From IMG/VR virus record IMGVR_UViG_3300027963_000002: a DNA stretch of 20,000 nt; one strand, given 5' to 3'. Shown in pieces: positions 6,953-13,734 of this stretch. How positions within the stretch are numbered: the first letter of the stretch is position 1; the number at the start of each line of letters is the position of its first letter. The notes below the pieces were generated by a model. The model did no database searches. It worked only from the letters and a program-made list of their open reading frames with translations, and was not told where the DNA came from. Both the position numbers and the translations under genes were made by a program. This DNA is from an uncultured virus (IMG/VR IMGVR_UViG_3300027963_000002). Its lineage: Duplodnaviria; Heunggongvirae; Uroviricota; Caudoviricetes.

Positions 6953-7200
6953 GCGGATTAGCAAAATCGCAACAATCATTAAAATCTTGGGGCGACCAAA
7001 AATGGACTACCAAATCGGGCAAGAAATCATCCGAAACGGGCGAGCGGTACTTACCAAAAAAAGCAATTGAGTCACTAAGTTCCCAAGAGTATGCAGCAAC
7101 TACACGTGCTAAACGTGCAGGAAAAGCAAAAGGTAAGCAGTTTGTAGCGCAACCAAAAAGTATTAAAGAAAAAGTAAAACCTTACAGAAAAATAATTTAA
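6949..7200 (+). CDS. Small basic protein resembling the C-part of DUF5872-like proteins
   Basis: ATGA overlap; QQSLKSWG.QKWTTKSG...RYLPKKA...GKQFVAQP. Confidence 0.75.
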   Translation: MSGLAKSQQSLKSWGDQKWTTKSGKKSSETGERYLPKKAIESLSSQEYAATTRAKRAGKAKGKQFVAQPKSIKEKVKPYRKII

Positions 7201-7211
7201 AAGGCTAAAAG

Positions 7212-7964
7212 ATGACCGTAGTTGCTACAGCAACCTTCAATCTTGACTTATCAGAAATTGTCGAAGAAGCATTTGAGCGCTGTGGCTCCGAGCTTAGGAC
7301 AGGCTATGATTTGCGTACTGCACGCCGGTCTTTAAATCTTTTGTTTGCCGATTGGGCAAATCGTGGCATTAACATGTGGACTATTGAGCAGGGGCAGATT
7401 TCTCTTGTTCAAGGAACTAATACATATGATTTACCTGTTGATACAGTAGATTTAATTGAGCATGTAATTAGAACCAATCCGGGTGTACAAAACACCCAAG
7501 CAGACTTAACCATTAGCCGTATTTCAGTGGATACATACGCCACCATACCAAACAAGTTACAACAAGCAAGACCTATTCAAGTATGGATTAACCGCCAATC
7601 TGGCGCAACATATGCTGGGGATTCAACTACTACACCCCCTGTTGGTACAGATGCTCCTAAGATAGTTGTGTGGCCTACACCAGACCAAGGTACATCAGCA
7701 GCTCCATACTATACGTTTGTGTACTGGCGTTTGCGTAGAATTCATGACGCTGGTAATGGCGTTAATACAATGGACATACCATTTCGGTTTTTACCCTGTT
7801 TAATTGCAGGGCTATCATATTATTTAGCTTTAAAAATTCCCGGTGCAGATGCACGGCTGCCAATATTAAAACAGCAGTACGACGAAGCGTGGGACTTGGC
7901 TTCATCAGAAGATCGTGAGAAAGCACCTATTCGGTTTGTTCCACGCAAAATGTTTATTACGTAA
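7212..7964 (+). CDS. Putative head-tail adaptor / tail tubular protein A-like
   Basis: Helical N-terminus (EEAFERCG...ARRSLNLLFADWANRG), beta insert (GTNTYDLP, VWPTPD...Y), helical C-terminus (P.RFLPCLIAGLSYYLA...YDEAW..A..ED). Confidence 0.6.
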   Translation: MTVVATATFNLDLSEIVEEAFERCGSELRTGYDLRTARRSLNLLFADWANRGINMWTIEQGQISLVQGTNTYDLPVDTVDLIEHVIRTNPGVQNTQADLTISRISVDTYATIPNKLQQARPIQVWINRQSGATYAGDSTTTPPVGTDAPKIVVWPTPDQGTSAAPYYTFVYWRLRRIHDAGNGVNTMDIPFRFLPCLIAGLSYYLALKIPGADARLPILKQQYDEAWDLASSEDREKAPIRFVPRKMFIT

Positions 7965-7974
7965 GGACTAATGT

Positions 7975-8397
7975 GTGTCTAATTCTTTTGCTTCCGGTAA
8001 ATGGGCTATATCGCAGTGTGATCGCTGTGGGTTCCGTTATCCGCTTAAAGTATTAAAAACGGAGATTATTAAGACCAAGAAATACGACCTTAAAGTTTGT
8101 CCTCAATGTTGGGATCCAGACCACCCACAGTTACAGTTAGGTATGTACCCAATTGAAGATCCACAGGCTTTAAGAGCACCAAGACCAGATAATACGTATT
8201 ACCAAGCAGGGTATACGGGGTTACAATTGAACCAAAATGCGGGCGCTACAGTGGCAGGTTTTGGCGATCCGACGATGGGTAGCAGGATGATACAGTGGGG
8301 TTGGCGGCCTGTTGGCATGGGATTTGATGGTGGACTAACGCCAAATGATTTGGTAGGATCTGGGCAAGTAGGCAGTGTAACGATTAGCATAACTTAG
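7975..8397 (+). CDS. Zinc-finger-containing putative structural protein
   Basis: GTG start after AAGGA; CDRC...CPQC followed by DPDHPQL...DPQALRAPRPD. Confidence 0.75.
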   Translation: MSNSFASGKWAISQCDRCGFRYPLKVLKTEIIKTKKYDLKVCPQCWDPDHPQLQLGMYPIEDPQALRAPRPDNTYYQAGYTGLQLNQNAGATVAGFGDPTMGSRMIQWGWRPVGMGFDGGLTPNDLVGSGQVGSVTISIT

Positions 8398-8406
8398 GAG
8401 CATAAA

Positions 8407-8592
8407 ATGGGATTCAAAAGTGCAGCAGATGGCATTACTAAAAAAGGTCGTACTAAGGGTAAAAACCTTGGTAATTCTGGCCCTAGCGTTGGTTTAGAAA
8501 AGGGCGGCAAAAAAAGCAGCGGCGTTACCAACGAGGCTTTAAAATCACAGGGTCGTAATATGGCTCGTGCAGCTAACCAAAGAGGACGTTAA
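8407..8592 (+). CDS. Small basic protein of the GG-motif family
   Basis: AGGAG RBS; ADGITKKGRTKG and LEKGG. Confidence 0.75.
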   Translation: MGFKSAADGITKKGRTKGKNLGNSGPSVGLEKGGKKSSGVTNEALKSQGRNMARAANQRGR

Positions 8593-8593
8593 T

Positions 8594-8797
8594 ATGGCTG
8601 AATATAACCAACCAAAACCGTCAGCAACTGATGAAGCTTCATTAGTTAAAGGTGGTAGCGCTATGGACGAACTTAAGATTGCCGTTGGTGGCATTTCTAA
8701 AGGTGTTAATGCTAAAGGCGTAAAGACTTCAGGCGTTAAGCAACGTGGATCTGGTGCGGCTACTAAAGGCTTTACTTCAAGAGGCCCGATGGCTTAA
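8594..8797 (+). CDS. Small basic protein of the GG-motif family
   Basis: Start moved to ATG 8594 (GAGGA upstream); LVKGG and KTSGVKQRGSGAATKG..SRGPMA. Confidence 0.7.
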   Translation: MAEYNQPKPSATDEASLVKGGSAMDELKIAVGGISKGVNAKGVKTSGVKQRGSGAATKGFTSRGPMA

Positions 8798-9486
8798 TGA
8801 ACTACAACGATCTTTTCTCGCAGGTTCAAGCGTATACGGAGAATCAATTTCCGGCTACGTATCTTGCCAATGGAAGTACAGTCAGCTATACAACGCAGAT
8901 TAATACCTTCATTCAGCAGGCAGAAGCTCGCATCTATAATACGGTGCAGATACCTTCTTTGCGGAAAAACGTTACGGGTAATTGTTCTTCTACCACGACT
9001 TACTTAGGATGCCCTAACGACTACTTATCTACCTATTCAATGGCGGTTATTGATGGAGATGGGGTTTATGAGTACCTTTTAAATAAGGATGTTAATTTCA
9101 TTCGTCAGGCTTACCCAGACCCAACAGCGACAGGACTGCCCCGTTACTACGCTCTTTTTGGCTCTAGACTGAATGATCCTAATGAACTAACTTTCATGCT
9201 TGGCCCAAAACCAGACGCTAATTACGGCGTTGAGCTTCACTATTTCTTTTATCCAGAATCAATTGTTACTGCTGGCACGTCTTGGCTTGGTGATAATTAC
9301 TCACCCGCATTGTTGTATGGGTCTATTTTAGAAGCTTATGTTTATATGAAAGGCGACCCAGATATGATGTTAGCCTATAAAGCCAAGTACGATGAAGCAA
9401 TGCAGCAATTAAACCGCTTAGGTACAGGACTTGAAAGAAACGATGCCTATAGAGCAGGCCAAGCTTCAATCAAGGTTAACCCATGA
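8797..9486 (+). CDS. Second putative head-tail adaptor-like protein
   Basis: Same architecture as 7212-7964: FIQQAEARI, CPNDYL, GLPRYYA, LGPKPD.NY.VELHY, ALLYGSILEAY.YMKG...YDEAM. Confidence 0.6.
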   Translation: MNYNDLFSQVQAYTENQFPATYLANGSTVSYTTQINTFIQQAEARIYNTVQIPSLRKNVTGNCSSTTTYLGCPNDYLSTYSMAVIDGDGVYEYLLNKDVNFIRQAYPDPTATGLPRYYALFGSRLNDPNELTFMLGPKPDANYGVELHYFFYPESIVTAGTSWLGDNYSPALLYGSILEAYVYMKGDPDMMLAYKAKYDEAMQQLNRLGTGLERNDAYRAGQASIKVNP

Positions 9487-9902
9487 AAACTTGTAACGTT
9501 TGCGAAACAGCACGCCCACTATCTGATTTTGGTGTACGTAAAACAGGCCGTATTGGTGATTTAATAATGCCATGTAAGCCATGTAAAGTTCAAGTAAACA
9601 GACAAAAAAGACGTGCAGACCCTAGGCGTTTCTATGAAATTGAACGTAAAAGCAAATTTAAAACCCAGTATGGGATTACGCCTGAAAAGTATGATGAAAT
9701 GCTGGCTGCGCAAAATGGTGGGTGCGCTATTTGTGGGGAAAAAACACCCGGATTGCGTACAAAGAACTTTGCCGTTGATCATTGCCACACAACTGGTAAA
9801 GTAAGAGGTTTACTCTGCACCAAATGCAACAGGGGATTAGGTTTGTTTAACGATAGATCCGATCTGTTAAAATTAGCAACAACTTATTTAATAGGAGCAT
9901 AG
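9483..9902 (+). CDS. Endonuclease VII-like (His-Me finger) homing endonuclease
   Basis: N-terminal CxxC...CxxC, then YGIT...YDEML..Q.G.CAICG...VDHCHTTGKVRGLLC..CN.GLG.F.D. Confidence 0.9.
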   Translation: MKTCNVCETARPLSDFGVRKTGRIGDLIMPCKPCKVQVNRQKRRADPRRFYEIERKSKFKTQYGITPEKYDEMLAAQNGGCAICGEKTPGLRTKNFAVDHCHTTGKVRGLLCTKCNRGLGLFNDRSDLLKLATTYLIGA

Positions 9903-9903
9903 C

Positions 9904-10338
9904 ATGGCAATTTCACAGGGAATGTGTGATTCGTTCAAGGTACAAATCCTTAGCGGTCAGCAAAATTTAACATCAGGTGCAACACCCGTATATAAGATCG
10001 CTTTGTATACTAGTTCAGCTACTCTATCAAACGCAACAACTGCGTACACGACTTCAAATGAGCAGACTAGCTCTAGCTCAAACTACACCGCTGGTGGTAA
10101 TACACTAACAGTTAGCCAAAGTCCTACCTCTACAGGTAACGTAGCGTTTATGTCGTTCTCGAATAGCTCTTGGACTAATGCGAATATCACAGCTAACGGT
10201 GCGTTGATTTATAACTCTACTGCGAATACTGCTGTTGCGGTCTTGGCTTTTGGTGGCGATAAAACTGCTACTAATGGCACATTTTCGATTATCTTCCCCA
10301 CCGCTGATTCTACGAACGCAATTATCCGTATAGCATAG
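9904..10338 (+). CDS. Putative virion fibre/appendage subunit
   Basis: AGGAG RBS; S/T/A/N-rich; MCDSFK...KIALYTSSATL...YTAGG..L...GALIYN...LAFGGDKT...F.I.FP. Confidence 0.6.
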   Translation: MAISQGMCDSFKVQILSGQQNLTSGATPVYKIALYTSSATLSNATTAYTTSNEQTSSSSNYTAGGNTLTVSQSPTSTGNVAFMSFSNSSWTNANITANGALIYNSTANTAVAVLAFGGDKTATNGTFSIIFPTADSTNAIIRIA

Positions 10339-10347
10339 GAGCTTTAA

Positions 10348-10812
10348 ATGGCTCTTGGGTTATACGATAGGGTTAAAGAAACCAGTAATACTTCTGGTAC
10401 GGGGACTATTGTCCTTTTGGGAGCTGTTACAGGCTACCAATCTTTTGCCGTCTTGGGAAATGCAAACACAACTTATTACACGATTGCAGACCAAATCGGA
10501 ACAAACTGGGAAGTTGGAATCGGGACTTACTATACGGGTAACGTCTCTCTCGCCCGCACGACCATTATTTCTTCAAGCAATGCGAATGCAGTAGTTAATT
10601 TTACTAACGTTACACATGATGTATTTATTACAATGCCCGCAGAGACCTCCGCTTTGGGTGGGGCAGGACAGGCAATTCTAGTAAACCAGACTACGGCAAC
10701 GGCAAACTATACGATTGCTACAGGCACAAATGGCTTTTCTGTAGGCCCAATAACAACGGCAAACAACGTATCAGTAACGATTGCTAGCGGACAAAGTTGG
10801 ACGGTAATATGA
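10348..10812 (+). CDS. Putative tail fibre proximal/anchor protein
   Basis: DRVKETS.TSGTGTI.L.GA..GYQSF...TYYTI...WEVGIGTY N-terminal domain; GPIT...VTIASGQSWTVI C-terminal motif. Confidence 0.6.
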   Translation: MALGLYDRVKETSNTSGTGTIVLLGAVTGYQSFAVLGNANTTYYTIADQIGTNWEVGIGTYYTGNVSLARTTIISSSNANAVVNFTNVTHDVFITMPAETSALGGAGQAILVNQTTATANYTIATGTNGFSVGPITTANNVSVTIASGQSWTVI

Positions 10813-11981
10813 GCTATATTGCTTCTGGTAACACTGTTACTACTTCTATTAAAATCTCTGGCGATACAACTGGTAATCTTATCTTCACGACTAGCGGAGC
10901 AAATACAACTGCGCTTACTTTAGATACTGCACAAACTGCTACTTTTGCTGGTTCTGTTTCTCTCTCAAACATTACCTCATCTAGCAACGTAATTATTACT
11001 TCTACTGCATCAAACGGCACAATCAACATGAACGCTTCTACTGGTGGGCTTATTGTTCCTACTGGTACAACGGCTCAAAGACCAGCCAGTCCAGCAGCAG
11101 GCACATTTAGATATAACACAAGCAATAACGTAACTGAGGTTTATTCAGGCGTTGCATGGACTTCTATTACTTCACAAACATATTCTGCGTCTTATCTTAT
11201 TGTTGCTGGTGGTGGTGGTGCGGCAGGCGATATTTCTGGTGGTGCTGGTGCTGGCGGTGTTTTGTCTGGCACTTACACAATGGATATTGGAACAACTTAT
11301 TCCATAGTTATTGGTTCTGGCGGTTCTGCTGGCAATGGAAGCAGACCATCAACAGGTGCAACCAACGGAAGCAATACTACAGCTTTAAGTTTAACAGCCG
11401 TAGGTGGCGGTAAAACATACGGATATGCTTCATCAACTACTCAAGCTGGTGCTTCAGGTGGTAGCGGTGGTGGTGGTGGTGGCTCTGATTCTGGATATAC
11501 AACTCCAGGTGGCGCAGGCACTTCTGGTCAGGGTTACGCAGGCGGCAATGGCGGTTATGGCTCAAATTATGGTGGTGGCGGTGGAGGCGGCGCAGGGGCA
11601 GTAGGTAGCGCAGTAGGTAGCGCAGGAAGTTCTACTGGTGGCGTTGGTGTTTCATCTTCAATTACTGGTTCTGCTGTTTATTACGCAGGTGGAGGCGGTG
11701 GTGGTTATAACGGTTCAGGTAGCGGTTCTGCTGGCGGTTCAGGTGGCGGTGGTACAGGTGGAACTGCATCTGTATCAGCAGTAGCTGGAACTGCCAATAC
11801 TGGTGGCGGTGGAGGTGGTGCAACAGGCAGTCAATCAGGTGCGGCTGGTGGTAGCGGAGTAGTTATATTTAGTGTACCAACTACTAACTACACAGCAACT
11901 ACTACTGGTAGCCCAACAGTTACTACTTCTGGTAGCAACACAATTATGAAATTTACAGCATCAGGTTCTTACACGGCTTAA
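10809..11981 (+). CDS. Glycine-rich-domain fibre/adhesin protein 1
   Basis: Start ATG 10809 (ATGA overlap); VPTGTTAQRP...RYNT module plus one Gly-rich domain (SYLIVAGGG...GGSGVVI). Confidence 0.75.
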   Translation: MSYIASGNTVTTSIKISGDTTGNLIFTTSGANTTALTLDTAQTATFAGSVSLSNITSSSNVIITSTASNGTINMNASTGGLIVPTGTTAQRPASPAAGTFRYNTSNNVTEVYSGVAWTSITSQTYSASYLIVAGGGGAAGDISGGAGAGGVLSGTYTMDIGTTYSIVIGSGGSAGNGSRPSTGATNGSNTTALSLTAVGGGKTYGYASSTTQAGASGGSGGGGGGSDSGYTTPGGAGTSGQGYAGGNGGYGSNYGGGGGGGAGAVGSAVGSAGSSTGGVGVSSSITGSAVYYAGGGGGGYNGSGSGSAGGSGGGGTGGTASVSAVAGTANTGGGGGGATGSQSGAAGGSGVVIFSVPTTNYTATTTGSPTVTTSGSNTIMKFTASGSYTA

Positions 11982-11995
11982 CAAAGGAGATTCTA

Positions 11996-12364
11996 ATGAG
12001 CCATTATGCAAAAGTAGTAGACGGTAAAGTTACACAAGTAATTGTGGCTGAAGCCGATTTTTTTAACAACTTCGTGGATTCTAGTCCAGGTCAGTGGTTG
12101 CAAACCAGCTATAACACCCGTGGCGGAAAGCATTACGACCCTACTACAGGTCAAGAAGACGGTGGTGTTGCTCTAAGAGGTAATTACGCTGGTATTGGTT
12201 ATTCTTATGACTATATCAATGACGTATTTATTGCACCCAAACCATTCTCAAGCTGGAAACTAAACGATACTACATGGACATGGGAAGCACCAACACCTAT
12301 GCCAGACGGTCAGTATCAATGGGATGAAGCCACGACATCGTGGAAAGAAGTAGTACCTGCTTAA
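11996..12364 (+). CDS. Companion protein of Gly-rich fibre genes (possible chaperone or tip partner)
   Basis: AAGGAG RBS; MSHYAKV...WLQTSYNT.GG...LRGNYAGIGYSYD...FIAPKPF.SW...WEAPTPMP...WDE; Trp/Pro-rich. Confidence 0.65.
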   Translation: MSHYAKVVDGKVTQVIVAEADFFNNFVDSSPGQWLQTSYNTRGGKHYDPTTGQEDGGVALRGNYAGIGYSYDYINDVFIAPKPFSSWKLNDTTWTWEAPTPMPDGQYQWDEATTSWKEVVPA

Positions 12365-12373
12365 GGAAAAGCT

Positions 12374-13453
12374 ATGCCAGTAATTATTAGCGGCGGTTCA
12401 GGAAGTGCAAATCTAAGTGGAGACACTGGTCTTACTGCGTCTAATATTACTAGCTCAGCTAACATAACAATTACTTCCACTGCTTCAAATGGCACAATCA
12501 ATATGAATGCCACTACTGGTGGTTTAATTGTTCCAAAAGGGACAGATGCGCAACGCCCTGTAAATGCAGCGGCTGGTACGTTTCGTTTTAATACAAGCAA
12601 TAATGCAACTGAAGTTTATTCTGGGGTTGCTTGGGTAACATTAACTTCTCAAACATATTCTGCATCTTATCTTGTTGTGGCGGGTGGAGGCGGAGGTGGA
12701 GTTTATGGTGGTGGCGGTGGAGCAGGTGGATTGCTTACTAATTCCACAACATTAAATGGTGGCACAACTTATACAGTTACCATTGGTGCTGGTGGTACAG
12801 GTGGTACATCAAGACCTGTTATTGGTGGAAATGGTGGAAATTCTTCAGTTTTTAGTCAAACTGCTATTGGTGGTGGTGGTGGCGCAAGTGATAATGGTGG
12901 AACAACTAGCTCTAGCGTAACTGTTGGCGCTTCAGGTGGTTCAGGAGGTGGAGGCTCATATCCAAGTAGTTCTGCTGGTGGAGCAGGTACATCTGGTCAA
13001 GGCTACGCAGGTGGTTCTGGGGTAAATTCTGCTTCTAGCTATGGTGGTGGAGGCGGAGGTGGTTCTTCAGCTATTGGAAGCAATGGCTCTGGTAGTGCTG
13101 GAGGAAATGGTGGTGCTGGTACAGCTTCTTCTATAACTGGCTCTAGTGTTACTTATGCTGGCGGTGGCGGCGGCGGCGCTCAAAGTAGTGGTACTAGAGG
13201 CACAGGTGGCTCAGGTGGCGGAGGAACAGGTGGCAATAGTTCAAATGTACCGACTGCAGGTACTACAAACTTAGGAAGCGGTGGCGGTGGAGATGGTAAT
13301 GGTGTTACTGGAGCAAATGGAGGTTCTGGAATTGTAATTATTAGTGTTCCAACTACAAACTATTCTGGCACTACTACAGGTAGCCCGACAGTTACTACTA
13401 GCGGCTCAAACACAATTATGAGTTTTACTGCTTCTGGTAGTTACACAGCCTAA
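12374..13453 (+). CDS. Glycine-rich-domain fibre/adhesin protein 2 (paralog of protein 1)
   Basis: Shares TSTASNGTINMN..TGGLIVP.GT.AQRP, VYSGVAW...TSQTYSASYL and the C-terminal TTTGSPTVTTSGSNTIM.FTASGSYTA with 10809-11981. Confidence 0.75.
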   Translation: MPVIISGGSGSANLSGDTGLTASNITSSANITITSTASNGTINMNATTGGLIVPKGTDAQRPVNAAAGTFRFNTSNNATEVYSGVAWVTLTSQTYSASYLVVAGGGGGGVYGGGGGAGGLLTNSTTLNGGTTYTVTIGAGGTGGTSRPVIGGNGGNSSVFSQTAIGGGGGASDNGGTTSSSVTVGASGGSGGGGSYPSSSAGGAGTSGQGYAGGSGVNSASSYGGGGGGGSSAIGSNGSGSAGGNGGAGTASSITGSSVTYAGGGGGGAQSSGTRGTGGSGGGGTGGNSSNVPTAGTTNLGSGGGGDGNGVTGANGGSGIVIISVPTTNYSGTTTGSPTVTTSGSNTIMSFTASGSYTA

Positions 13454-13734
13454 TGCCAAGCACAATAAATGCCCAAGCTGGCAACGCCTCACAATGGACT
13501 GCGCTAATTAAAACAGCGAACGGTACGGCAAATCTATCTTTACAAACTAATGGTTCAACTGCTCTACTTATAGATCAGAATCAAAATGCTAACTGTACTT
13601 CAACGGGCGCTATAAAAATCCCAGCAGGTACAACTGCACAAAGACCTAGCCCAGCAGTAAACGGTATGGTTAGATATAACACAACAAACGCAAAGCTAGA
13701 AGGCTATGCAAACAATTCTTGGGCGGTATTTTGA
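13453..13734 (+). CDS. Short fibre-module protein (GTTAQRP module only)
   Basis: TAATG overlap; IPAGTTAQRP...GMVRYNTT...EGY...W with no Gly-rich domain. Confidence 0.7.
   Translation: MPSTINAQAGNASQWTALIKTANGTANLSLQTNGSTALLIDQNQNANCTSTGAIKIPAGTTAQRPSPAVNGMVRYNTTNAKLEGYANNSWAVF

Noticed and set aside
11598..11625. 12-bp tandem duplication GCAGTAGGTAGC (AVGS-AVGS)
   Set aside because: A simple in-frame slippage event in a variable loop; no sign of a phase-variation mechanism.
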